This document shows, in pieces, positions 27,119 to 40,228 of a stretch of 64,000 nt of DNA. How positions within the stretch are numbered: position 1 is the stretch's first letter; each line of letters starts with the position of its first letter. The translations under genes and the position numbers were made by a program. Source of the DNA: Spironucleus salmonicida. Its lineage: Eukaryota. The notes under the pieces are model-generated. The model did not search any database and was not told where the DNA came from. It saw only the letters and a program-made list of their open reading frames with translations. The DNA is taken from assembly GCF_000497125.1 (NCBI RefSeq), contig NC_090596.1:310001-374000 (forward strand), given 5' to 3'.

Positions 27119-27913
27119 TCATTATGAAACTATCTCCAAGAGACCGTCAATTGCACTGTCTTCGGAAATATACAAATCGCCCTTGTGGAACATAGTCCTG
27201 TCAGCCCTTGTAATAATGTTCTACGACAGCAGCATCAACTGCTTAATTTTCTCAATCGCGCTCCTACTCAGCTTAACCTTCTAACAAGCGTTAACTACCT
27301 GTACAAAAACCTTCACAAAGTCATCTAAATCAGAGTTTTAACCCTGCGCTAGGTTTAGCTCGAACTCTAGCCCTCCCTGCAACCGGAAAACCTCGTCCTA
27401 GCGGTGCAAATTCCGAGCCAGAAGCGGAAGCTTGAGTTGTAATTTTAGCGCCAAATCAATAAGTTTCTTTTGCAAATCTTCGTCCACAAACGGCGCTAGT
27501 TCAGTGAGCTGTGTGAGCTGGTTGTTGAAAATTACAAGGATAGTTTCGCTCTGGATGAAAGTTGGAATATCGCTTAAGCTGGAAAGAACCGGAATGGTTT
27601 TCTACTTCGTATATGGAGCCAGATGCGTTTTTGTTAAAAACTGCGATTTGAAGTACTGTTGGTTCTGAATCACAACGGGATTAATAATACTAAGGTGACT
27701 ACTAGTTTGGGAAAACTTGGACATTTTCAGTTCGAAATTGTGCCTTTGCAGGTAGATTACGAGGTCTTAAACCTAGGACTATTAAGTCTTTGATAGCATA
27801 CCGAATTCGACAAATTTGTCGCCTACTTGCGATATATGGGTGGTTAATAAAGTGGGAAACGATATGAGCTGCTGAAGTTAATAGAAACGTAGAGATTTTA
27901 GTTTGTCCTGCAT
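27119..27913 (-). CDS. Hypothetical protein, 264 aa, GC-elevated
   Basis: ATG and TGA in frame under TAR=Gln. Confidence 0.65.
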
Positions 27914-28234
27914 TAAAAATAGTGGAAAGGAATTTATATTAACCGCAATCTAAGATATATTGTTGGTGTTATTGACAATTATTAGATATATGGAAGTTAT
28001 ATATTTATTGTATAGCTAAGCATTGAAATACGCTTAAAAGGAACATCTAGATTAAAGTATCATTTTTATAGTATACTATTATTGAGTTTAATTTATTTTT
28101 AGCAGTAAGAAATTCTGGATATATATATATATCTTTTAAGTGTAGCCTATCAGCGTCCTACTTAGTAGTATGCCAAATTTCGAAACTAAATATATTTAAA
28201 ATATTAGGATTACCAAAAAATAGGAATCAAGAGA

Positions 28235-28642
28235 TCACTATAGAATTTCACCAGCACTCTAATCAGCTAATATTAATCTCATACAATTTTCTTCTAATTC
28301 GTCAATAAGAATTTCTGCCTCTTATTTATCAAAAATCAGTCCGTTTTTGCCATCCTCCGCCTTTTTGAGGTCAAAACCTGATTATTTGGCATTAACTGAA
28401 TATTATTCACCTTTAAAAATTAAATTACTGCAATTAAATGCAAAAACAGCAGTTCTCAAGAATGAAAGTCCAGATTTCATTTAATTTTAGTCTGTCTAAA
28501 GCATAGCAGTTTCAGTTAAATCACATTTAACAAAATCATAAGAAATATCCTCAGTGCCATAAAATATACCAGTTAACGGTGCTGATAGATTGTCAAAGAT
28601 AAGCTGATTAATTTTTAGTATGACTTAAAGTGAGAATTTCAT
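28235..28642 (-). CDS. Hypothetical protein, 135 aa (N-terminus resembles a degenerate MPN fold)
   Basis: MKFSLQVILKI..LTGIFYG; fully translated; AGTGA-fused stop. Confidence 0.6.
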
Positions 28643-28759
28643 TGCAAACAGAGGAACGGAAAGGTATTTATTATCATAGTTAATATAATATATAAAATAA
28701 AATACGTTAAAGTGTTAGTTATGTTAATATATTAATTAATATTAAAAAGTAATAATTTT

Positions 28760-29296
28760 TCACTCAACTTCTGGGATCTTTTCAGCCACTCTTCTAAGTT
28801 TATACTTAGCAACAATGCTGGCTCTTACTCTTTAGGCTTTGATGCCCTCTCTTCTTTTACGCATCTTATCTAAATTAGGTATTTTAACTGTGGTATCTGC
28901 ATTCAAACCTAACTCTACAGCTCTTTTACAAGAAAGTAACTTGATAGCCTCGGCTCTCTTAGCCGCTACTTTATGACGTTAAAGTCTAGCTAACTTAACC
29001 TTATCTAATCTATCCATAGCATCAATGGTTGTATTCCACAAATCTCTATCATATTTAACTGCACGCATGCGTTTCTTTTCTATTTAAAATGCAACATCGT
29101 TGGTTAAAACCTTGCCATGTACTGCACGGTAAGCTTGAGTCCATTTAACTCTTCTAGGTGAACGCTTCATCTTGAAGGACTTATTACATTTGGATGTACA
29201 AAAACGGAAAACGGTTCCATCATTGCGAATAAATGTTAGTCCTTTTCCAGGGTATGCTGGTTTTGAACAAAATGAGCAGATCTTAATTGTTGACAT
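28760..29296 (-). CDS. RLP24: Ribosome biogenesis protein Rlp24 (L24e family)
   Basis: CSFC..YPGKG..FCTSKC zinc motif plus Rlp24-type [25 protein letters not shown]. Confidence 0.9.
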
Positions 29297-29354
29297 TTTG
29301 AAATGGAAAGAGGAGTGAAAAATAAAATGATGTGTACTACAATATATTAACTAG

Positions 29355-30047
29355 TCACTATATAGTTTTACCTCTAATTCTTCCTAATACCTATTAGTCA
29401 TTCACAGAATATTAAAGTCTATATTTTTCATTTGATTCTTTGATTATACAACTTGACTCTGGTCTATCTATGGATTTTTCTCCAAAACTTATTACGTTTA
29501 AGGTAATGTGATTATTTTACTCTTTAATAGTTAACATTTCTTTCGATCTGGCCCATTATGATTTATCTATTCGTCGAAATGGTTATGTATTCGAAGAATA
29601 CTTTGAATTCGTCATATTTTATATTAATTAATATTTATCTATATTGGTACTTTTTTAAAAAGTATAAAGAGGCTAAGTTTTCTTTGTAAAAGTATTAGAT
29701 AATAATAATATATCTAATGACTAAACTTATCTATTTATCGCACTATCATAACTTTGATCTTCAATTTGTCGAAAATTGGATTTTGAAAATTGGATTTAGT
29801 TATTTTCTAGCGATTTTATTAACTATGTATTTTCAAAAATAGAATTATTTACTGCACTCTCAAGAATTGATTTTCTGCGTTGAATTTCATGAACTTTTGG
29901 TATCACAGTAGAGTTGAGTCTTTTATTCCCTTATAATCGTTCCAGTTTTCCATCTTAAGATTTTTAATAAATTGATACTTAAATCTCATCCATAATCTCA
30001 TTTTTAGTCAGAAAATTTTTCTCTGATTTAGTTAAAAAAGTTTTCAT
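29355..30047 (-). CDS. Hypothetical protein, 230 aa
   Basis: In-frame ATG and AGTGA-fused stop. Confidence 0.6.
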
Positions 30048-30086
30048 TTTTATTCTATTATAATATAATATAAGTATAAGAACTTT

Positions 30087-31067
30087 TCACTATTTTAGTC
30101 CAAAAAACAAAATTAAACTGTTGAAAATTACAAGTACCATTTAAATCCTAATTTCTATTATCCGTTTTCCAAAAATCTCATTTATAATACGATCTTTTGT
30201 ATTTTGAATAACCCGTAAATTAGCTTCAAAGTATCCTAAATCAATACCTGTTCTTAGCTTTCGCCTCTGGCTATGAAAATCGCTCCCAATACTTAAGCTA
30301 AAATCTAGTCTTTAGGCAAGATTTTAAATGAGTATTTTTTACTAGTATGAATTACTAAAATGCTCTAACTCAACAGAATTTAAGCCTAGCCTTTTAAACT
30401 CCTTTAAACACTTAGAAAATGTAAAATTATCCTTCATTTCCCGAAATGGGTGCGGTAAAATTGTATGAAAACCATATTTTTAAGACAATATTAATACTTA
30501 CTCTAAATTTTAAAATTTAAGAGGCATTTTGATATTGAAATTATCACGCAGACACGCGTAGAAATTTTAACATGGTTATAACAGATTTGATGATGATACT
30601 AAATCAAATAGAAGCTTAAAATGTGTTGAATTATTATCTAAACACTACAAATAAGTTGAATTTTTACTACAAATTTACTATAGAACGTACTTGTAATGGT
30701 CACTTAAAAGAGATTAAATTTCGTTAATTCCTGTAGTATTTAAATTTGAGAATAAGATTATTAAGTGATATTCTTGGTCGTTACACGTCGAAACAGTTGA
30801 AAACTCAACACCAGGTATGATAGTCAGATGTGGTTTAAAATAATTACATCTAGAATAATTAAATGGATGATTATTATTGAGTAAATGAATATTTATATCT
30901 TCATAATTGTTTAAGTCTAGATTTTATAGATCATAATAAGAGCGCATATCATCATGATCTGTAATGGCTAAATACGAAATATTTTACATTATTGCGAGAG
31001 AAATAAGTTGAGAAGTTGAATACTGACCATCTGAGTTGACAGTATGAGAGTGCAAGTCAATAATCAT
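30087..31067 (-). CDS. PHP-domain phosphoesterase (TrpH/YciV-like)
   Basis: IDLHSHTVNSDG, AITDHD, IIPGVEFST, ILPHP, SIGSDFH. Confidence 0.9.
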
Positions 31068-31163
31068 TTTATAAAGCTCACTATTATATACTTTCAATAA
31101 ATATTAAATACATTTGGTTTATATTAACTATATAAATATTACTAATCAATATGTAATAAAAGA

Positions 31164-31883
31164 ATGAATGATGAGTCATCATCTTCTTCACTGCATACTT
31201 ACAATGATTCTCCAACATTAAATAATTAGTAATTTCTAAGGTTAATCCCTCCAAAAACTCCTATTTTGTCACTGTAAATTTTATCAGCTTTAAGTCCAAC
31301 CATACCATAAAAAAATGTAAAAATTGAAGGACTCACGCCACTTATCTCATCAATTTTGACAGGTAATTTTGTTCTTACTTATCAGCTACTTGATTATAAA
31401 TACTGTATTTTAGATTTTTAATTTTAGACATTCACGTTTTGCAACGCCACGGCATATAACCTGGCTCTTTTCCTGCATCACAAAGATATCTCAGAGTTGC
31501 GCTGTGAGGCAGGACCACCTCTTAAGTATAAGCTCAAGGGAGGTAACATCGTGACGTTTGCATGCGAAATGGGGGGCACTGGTGATGAACAGTTTTATGC
31601 TGCTTTTCAGAACCGACTAGTTGTAAACTGTTTCGATCAGACTGACTTTAGAGGCCGAACCGTGTTTATGGAAGCAGTAGTTAGCAATTCTCTGGATACC
31701 GCAAAACAGTTCATTTTCTAGGCTGGAAGAGTAGACAAAAATGGAAAATGTGCTTTTAATTTGGCGTTGGAACTAAATTTGATTTAGATGATAGAATTTT
31801 GCGCTGCAGTGGACGTAGAGCAGCAATTGGTCGGTTTAGATATATAAGTTTTGCGAAATTATGGGGCATAAGTTACTGAGTGA
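31164..31883 (+). CDS. Ankyrin-repeat protein, 239 aa
   Basis: GLTPLISSILTGN, DFRGRTVFMEAVVSNS, DKNGKCAFNLALELN. Confidence 0.8.
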
Positions 31884-32039
31884 GTTGAATTGTTTCCTAT
31901 TTACCTTATAATGGTTATGTGAATTAGTAAGTAATTTTTTATTTTAGATAATATATTAATAGTTTTAAAATACTTGTATTAAAGCGAAACTAGAAATGTA
32001 AACATTGTACTATCACTAAAAAATAGCAAAATAAGAAAA

Positions 32040-32255
32040 TCAATCAAACAATAGTGTTTGGAACTTACAGGAGGTCTTGCTAATATCAGTCTTTTTGTAG
32101 CTGTCTATCAAATCGTAAAGTCCGTCAAGGCTTGCATTATTTAACTATGCGTCCATCTATTCGCTTGTAAACGATTTGTGAAGTTTCGATGGCTTTACCA
32201 GACCATTGCTTGTAGATGATAGACTCTTCTTTATAAAGTTAAGGTTAGCTTCCAT
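32040..32255 (-). CDS. Small hypothetical protein, 71 aa
   Basis: ATG..TGA open; AGTGA signal (tcact 32013-32017) downstream; more GC than its flanks. Confidence 0.5.
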
Positions 32256-32491
32256 TTTATATAAAAGGTGGAAACAAAGTATAATTAAGATAAATGTTAT
32301 ATTTAGTTTACTATAATATTTTTTTATAATAAGAAATTAAGAATGATGTAAATACTCATTATATATTAGTTAGAGTAATTTATGTAATAAAAATCTAAAC
32401 TTATAATTATGCTATAATTTTAAAATTTACACTGAATATCTAACATAATCATTTAATAATCGTATAATAATAGAATTTTTGATTAACAAAC

Positions 32492-33661
32492 ATGAAATTT
32501 ATCAACTAGTTTGGTAAAAATGGAATTACATCAATAGTTCTATAAGAGCGTGGATTTATTCAGCTTGAAAAAGAAGATGTGAGTTAAGCTGACCTTATTT
32601 TTGCTTCAGTAGATAAGCTTAAAGACATTTATACTGCTATTCCACAAAAATTCACTAAATAGACATTCAAAATTTCTCACTTCCGAAACCATGGCTAGAT
32701 AACACGCAAAGATATGTTGGCATACCATCTACGAAATGCCGCTAAAACATCAAAAAAGCTAGGACTCGGTTTGGATTTTTCATTCCTTCCAACTACGTTC
32801 TTCCTACCAATGGAGTTCACATCAATTCCGTAAAATATTAAGTTGATTGTGAAGCCAGCATGTTTAGCTCGCGGTGCGAAAATTTTTATTCCAGATTCTT
32901 ATCAAGACTTGAATTCTTGGTATAATTAAGTTTATAGCAAATTGTAAATTAAAAAATAATAATTAGACATGAATAATGATGATTCATCCGAATTTATTTA
33001 CATCGTGTAGAACTATATTTCACCTCCTTTAACACTTTTTAATCATAAATTTGACTGCAGAATATATGTTTTGGTAAAATCTTTTAACCCTTTAAACGTA
33101 TGGATATGTGATCTAGCATTTGCACGAGTTGCGAGTGCAGATTACGATGATAACTCACGCATTTCTGGATTAACTAATATTAGTGTTAATAAAAGTAACA
33201 ACCCATAGGAGTTGAAAATATAGTTGAATAAGGTTAACTAAATTCTTGATTTAGAGAGTCCAGGAAAATTTAGAAAAGGGATAAAAGATAGCGAAATGAG
33301 TATAATACGATGTTTGTAAGTAGTCAGCGACAAGGTTATTTAAGAATAAGCTTGCTTTGAATTACTAGGGTTTGATGTGTTATTTGATTCAGATTATAAA
33401 AATTACATAATGGAGGCGAATGCAAGCCCAAGTTTGAGTATTGATGGTAATGATGATAGGCTTCTCAAAAAGCGTATGTTACATGATATGTTTAGTATTG
33501 TTTACGATGAAGATGCAACAATAAGATATGGATGCTGGCGGTAGATTTATTATGGTAGTGTTGGTAAGAACATGAAAACATGGGATTAAGGTATAATTGA
33601 AAGTAATCAATCACTAGCAGATGATATATGCCGAGCGAGTAAATTTATAAGAGGTGATTGA
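32492..33661 (+). CDS. Tubulin-tyrosine ligase-like polyglutamylase (TTLL1/TTLL9 clade)
   Basis: SHFRNHGQITRKD, IVKP..RGAKIF, YIVQNYISPPL..KFDCRIYVLV, CFELLGFDVL, MEANASPS. Confidence 0.92.
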
Positions 33662-33707
33662 TAATATTTACTCAAACTATTATGAGCATATAATTATATT
33701 TACTAAA

Positions 33708-34307
33708 ATGGCATTTGTATAAATGAAAACCAAAGAAACTTTTGAACATGCGATTAAAACAAAAATTGAGAACGATTTAACCATTCAAAGAGACAAATTG
33801 GATAAATCTATACTAGGTACTATTAAATCATCGCATTTAAATTATAAGTCATACAATCTTGATATGCAGTACATAATGCATGAAAAAGTGCAAGAATATA
33901 AGAAAGAAAAGTCAAAACCTTACTCTTAATTTGTCACAGGGATGGTACCAGATAAAATTCTTAAAGACTTAAATAAACTTGAATTGTAGCAAAACCATGA
34001 CAAATAATATGGTAAAAAATAAATTCAAAAAGCTATTAACTTGAATGATAGCCTAGATGAAAGTAATTCCTATATATCACCGTAACTAACTTCTAGGACG
34101 GAGTTGCGAGAAGATATGACAAAATTGGTCGAAGATGCGAATAATGACATGTCAGTGTCAATTTTGGAGATAGATCTACATCAGCATGAAACTGCTAGTC
34201 AAAGATAAACACGAAAATGGAAGGAATTACAGAATAATTCGGTAGATTTCATAACATCAAACAAGCAAAACGAAGTTTATAAAATGATTTTAGAGTGGAG
34301 TCAGTGA
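33708..34307 (+). CDS. Hypothetical protein, 199 aa
   Basis: Extends ORF 33723..33929 through TAR codons to CAG-TGA. Confidence 0.7.
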
Positions 34308-34373
34308 CTTATAATGATATATTATTGTAATGTTCATTTTATTTTTTCATTTCTAATTTTACCATTAATAAAA

Positions 34374-37300
34374 ATGATTCCACGCGATTGTATAGCTTAT
34401 TTTCCAGGAGAATTTGTTGCTATTGTATAGGATAAATTAACATTGGGAAGGATTATGCCACCATTTGAAAGAAATATAAATAATGGGGAAGATTTATCAT
34501 ACTCAGTATTTATAGTTTCTACAAAATAAGTTGTTGATGTCACAGTACAATGTATTGTACCTTTTAACTATTTAGCAATTAGGGGACTTCCATATACTAC
34601 ATCAAACTATCGTATTTTCTTTGAAGATTTTATTTAAATGTTTTACGATAATTTTGATATCATTAGACAAACAATTTATATACCAAATATTCCATTTCCT
34701 TTGGGTAACTATATAAGAGACTAGAATGATTGTAGAGATTTTTTAGCAGCTGCAATTCCTTCTCCGTATGAAGTTAAAAATAAGCTCAAAACATTAGAAC
34801 AAATAACAAAATAAAATGAAAATTTTTTCTAATAAGATATTAAACCACAAAAATAATTTTAAGTTTCATCCAATAAGATTATCTCCTTAGGAGACGTTAT
34901 ATCCTTAAATAAATAGTATTATTTGGTTAAACGTATATTTGCTATAAAAAAATATCCATATGATAATGTTCTTCTAGAAGTAGAAGTTTTAGCTAATAAT
35001 TAACACGATAAGTATACTTTAGTTGGTTTAAGTATTCAAATCCCCTTAATATATGAATTCCAAGTATTTTAAACCAAATTGAAAATTGAAGATGCAGATA
35101 AGAAAATAATCCTACCTTTATAGTTTTATAATTCTTAAGAATAAATTGAAAATCCTGAAAAACTAATTATAGATTATCTTATTCCTCATGATCATATTGC
35201 ATTTGCTAAACTTGCAGCTAATCCAATTATGTCTAATTCATTTTAATCATTAGATTTCTAGGTTCGATAATTTAGCTCAGATGCAGTATTTGACATTTAA
35301 AATGTACCAGTTTTTTCAGAAGCTTAAACGACAACACCGCCACCAAAAAGTTCAAAATTTTTATCTGCCGAAGATAATAAATTATAGCTTCTTGAATCAC
35401 CACCAGCATAATATCCATGTAAAATATGCAACGCTTAGATATCTGAAAATCTTCTTTTTATTGATCAGGCTGAATCGGATTTATTTGCATTAGCATATTT
35501 TTTGAATAAATTTGGAGGTGCTTTCCATTGTTTAAAATGCAATTCAGTATGCCACTAAAATTGTATATTCTAACACTAGGCAAAATATTAAATTTAATTT
35601 AATGAATTAGTATGTGGTGGATATTCACTCTGTTGTGTGAATGGTAATTGCTAATTTTGTAATGACACACCAAATTATTTTGGGGAATAGAAGCTTGATT
35701 TTTGGTAAAATTTTATTCGGAAAAACTATTATTTTAACGAAGAGTATGACGTCATTTCTGAAATATAATTACAATAGCTGGGTGATAAAACTCTTGTACA
35801 TTAGTTTAGTAACTTTCTTAATAATTGGCATATGCATCGAATTGATAGTAATTTGGAAATTTAGAATGCTGATGAGGAGGTTATGAAGCGCTTTATGAAT
35901 GTTTCTATTAATGATAAAGAGTTTGAAAATTGTAAAGTAAATTTTGGCAGTTTGAAAAGTTAATTTGGGGTTATTCGGGCTAGTTTAGTGTAAAATTGTC
36001 ATTATACATAAGAATTTTTGGTTAATTTCATGGGATGTATTGATTCATTTCTGAATAAATAAAGTAATTTGTTGTTTTGGCTGTAAGTTTGGTATACTGA
36101 AAATGACTTTGTTGAATTTGAGTAGATTGAAGGAGATAAAGTGGAGTAAGTCATTATAGATCGGTTTAGAGGTGATATTGGATCAAAAATAGTAAAAAAG
36201 GAAGCAGTCAAAGCTGAAATTATTTAACCAAAAACTAAATAATAAAACAAATAAATGTAGCAGAAGTTAGTCATTCCTACAATTGATTTTACGGAAAAAG
36301 TTATAAAAGAATCATAAGAGGCTAGTTTGAAGCTTAGTTAGGTAAATTTGCTTAAATAGCATCCTTTATAATATCCTATTAATGTATCATAATAATAGGT
36401 ATAGAAAGTAACATTAAATAGTTAATCTATACCGTCAGTGTCATCCGGAGTATCATAATTTAATTTATCTAAACCAGTAATGCTAAATATGTCTTAAAAT
36501 ATTCCTCCAAAAATGCCATAATCACCACCAACATTCTCACAAAAAGATTAACATGAACTACAAAATTAAACATAATTGCTATAAAATAATTAATAACATT
36601 TACCACAAAAATTAGTTTCGTAGCAATAATAAGCTGCATCTTAGACTATTATCAACAATACTAACCATAATCCTGTTTAGTAAGATGTTAGCGATCAAAG
36701 TATAAATTCAGATATTCGCTTCCCATCTGATTTTATAACAGTTTAAACAAATACTGACGAAGCTGGTTAACTTTCCACGGCATAATATTCTAAAATTTAT
36801 AGTGATGTAAGAGAATAATATGAAAATACACTAGTTTAAGATTAGTAATCTGGACCAGTGTTTGTACCTCCATAAGTTTAAAAGGTTACAAAAATTACAC
36901 AACCATTCGAGCTTGGGACTGATGTTTAGGCTATAAAATCTGGAATTTAAGTCTCTTTAGATATAATCAAATCATCGAATTTAGTTGGTGATTTAGTATC
37001 ATAAATAGAGCAAGGTGATAAGCCATCATATGACCTCCATATACCATAATATTAATCAGAACCACCTCAAAAGCTTACGATAACCGATACTGAAAATTTT
37101 ATTTCTAAAGTTATTAATAATTAGACATTGTCTTTAGAAGATCTTCCATACTTTTGCAAAACTCTTCAAAATTTATAAAAAGCATTACCAATACATCAAA
37201 ACCAATATCCCTAAATTTTACCAAATTTTCCATCATCGGCTACGCTCTAAAAATTGTTAATTTAAAGTAATATCTAAGAATTAGAAAGTTAAGCTGAAAA

Positions 37301-37610
37301 TTTAGCATGTAAAGATAATAGCTTGAATCTCAAGGCAAACGAAACAATATCAACAATAGAGTCCATCAGAATTGCATTTTCTGAACTTAAATCAAAACTT
37401 TAAATGCTTGCTTAAGAACTTCAGGATACATAAAATGAAAAACAGATTACACAGTATTAGTTGCAGGAGAATGCACTTAAATAGCAAAATCTGGCAAAAA
37501 AATTCTGCGATATAAATAAGGATGTCGATCAAGCAGTTTTTTCAGATTTTGTACATCTGTAAAAGTTAAAGCAGTTAGTTTGTGGGGCAGTTGTAGAGAG
37601 CTTGAAGTGA
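34374..37610 (+). CDS. Large protein with PHD/C1-like Cys-His cluster, Q-rich region and C-terminal coiled coil, 1078 aa
   Basis: PCKICN..FHCLKCNSVCHQNC..CCVNGNCQFC; ATG in frame with AAG-TGA. Confidence 0.7.
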
Positions 37611-37698
37611 AAACCGGATTGAGTTTAAAATATAATTATTTATTGTTTAAGTAATATCAGAAAATCGAAAGAATGCTGAATTTTAGTAATTAAACTCA

Positions 37699-38799
37699 TC
37701 ACTTTTTGATTTTTCTGAAAATATTATCAATCTGATCTGCTATTTCTCTAATTTTATGATCATCTAGTGTATCAGAAATCATCTTTATAGCTTTTTAACC
37801 GGCAGAAAGCTACTTATAAGGTACTTTAAAACTTTTTGATGTAATAATAAGCTTAAATACATACAAAAATGTCTTAACTTCATTTATGTTTAAAACTTCC
37901 TAGATTTCATCAGAATTTTCAGTCTATTTGGGGTGAAGGATAGCTTTAAAATAATCACATAGATCAAGAAGTTTTCCGTAAATTCCAGCTTTAAAAAGAG
38001 AAGTATCTAACTATTTATAAACTAAAATCCAATGTAAAACACCTTTATCTTAAAAAAGTAATTACTTACTTTAGCTTATTGATAATGTGGTATTAGTAAA
38101 CAAACAACATATGATTTCACCAACACGATCATTTTTAATAATTTTAAGATGAAAGAATAGTTTACATAAACCAAACAGTCGATACATTGATTCATATCGG
38201 TCTTCACCCTACCATTTCCTGGTGGTTGCACTGAGTAGCATTTCACGGGCTTATGATGATTCATAAAATTTGGCGACTTCTAGTGGTATTTTAACTGTCT
38301 TAGTAACCTTTCTAATTTAAACACCTATACTATTGACAGGTGGAAGTTGTGCGGCTATTTTGAAATACGCAATTACTTCTTGAGAATTTTCCTATTCTTG
38401 GTAATTTTCTGAAATATGGTCTGAAAGAAGTGTAAATTATGTCAAAAAATCCTCTGATACTTGTACTTGAGAATCAAGACGTCCAACATCTTAAGATTAT
38501 GGCAAACTGGCATTAAATTCAGTAAGTTCCGAATCTGCACCTTCATAAGTTATTTAATTGGGGTATGGGAATTAATTAGGTTATCTTATTGCTAATTATA
38601 ATTCCATTTTCTGTGATTTTTATTCAGAAATTAACTCGTTATTGTTTTATTATTTAATATAATTTGTAGCAATTGATGAATAAAGCATTTCCTGGTTATC
38701 ATATATTCTAATATCTATAAATTTTCGCGGAACTGGACAATATTAAGAACTTTCTTGGATAGATGTACTAGAAACTCGAAAATAAAATGCTGATTCCAT
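37699..38799 (-). CDS. Hypothetical protein, 366 aa
   Basis: In-frame ATG and AGTGA-fused stop. Confidence 0.65.
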
Positions 38800-39260
38800 T
38801 GTAAAGTGGAGTTGTATCTTTTTAAAGATATAAATATATAATAATCATATAAATCTAAAATATGTAAACAATAATGTTTCACAAAAATTAAAATAATGAA
38901 ACAAAATCACTATATCCATATGTGTAATAACTTTTTAGAAATAAGTATAAATACAGAAAAAGATAATAGTACTTAGATACTAAAAATAAATTATTAAACT
39001 TTAATAATTAGCTAACAATTTGATTCCAAATCGGCTATAGTTGAAATTCCTAATAATAAAGCTTGAGAAACTATAACTCTTGTAATTATGTATTGCCTAT
39101 TAATTAGAAATAGTAACACTAATAAAATTATAACAAAAATACTGAGAAATATTTACATTTGATAGCCTAGATTAAAATATACAATATTATTATTATTATT
39201 ATTATTAATTAATATATTATAAGCTATATTATATAATATTTTTATTAACATAAACTAAAA

Positions 39261-39692
39261 ATGATTTCAAATACACGTAGACTTCAGAATGAGCTTAAAC
39301 TATTTCGTGAAAATCCTCCAATATAATGCTCAGGGGGTCCATAAGATAATAATATTTTCTAGTGGGAATGTCAAGTAGTTGGGTCAAATACTTCAGCATA
39401 CTCCGGGAAAATATTTAAAATCATATTTAATTTTCCTTAAGAATATCCATTTAAATAACCAATTTGTGAATTTTTAACGCCTATTTATCATCCAAATCTA
39501 AGTATAGGAATTCTAGAAATTGAAATTTTAGATTAATGGCTTCCTGTTTACACAGTTTCGAAAGTTTTAGAATTTATTAGAAATTTATTGTAGGACCCCA
39601 ATATTGAAAATTATATATGTAACTAAGAAGCTGCTTCAAAATATTAAGAAGACATAGAAACCTTCACATAAGAAGTAGATAAAATTGAATGA
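39261..39692 (+). CDS. Ubiquitin-conjugating enzyme variant (pseudo-E2, no catalytic Cys)
   Basis: RRLQNEL, FPQEYPFKQP, PIYHPNLSIGILEIEILDQWLP: Glu occupies the position of the catalytic Cys. Confidence 0.88.
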
Positions 39693-39737
39693 TGGTATTA
39701 TATAGTATTATATAATTTTCTTTTCTTTTTATTGAAT

Positions 39738-40187
<450 letters not shown>

Positions 40188-40228
40188 CGGGTTTTATATA
40201 ATTATATAATATATTCACCATTTCTTAC

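Noticed and set aside
39185-39206. (TAT)n microsatellite
   Set aside because: Short low-complexity run expected in AT-rich intergenic DNA.
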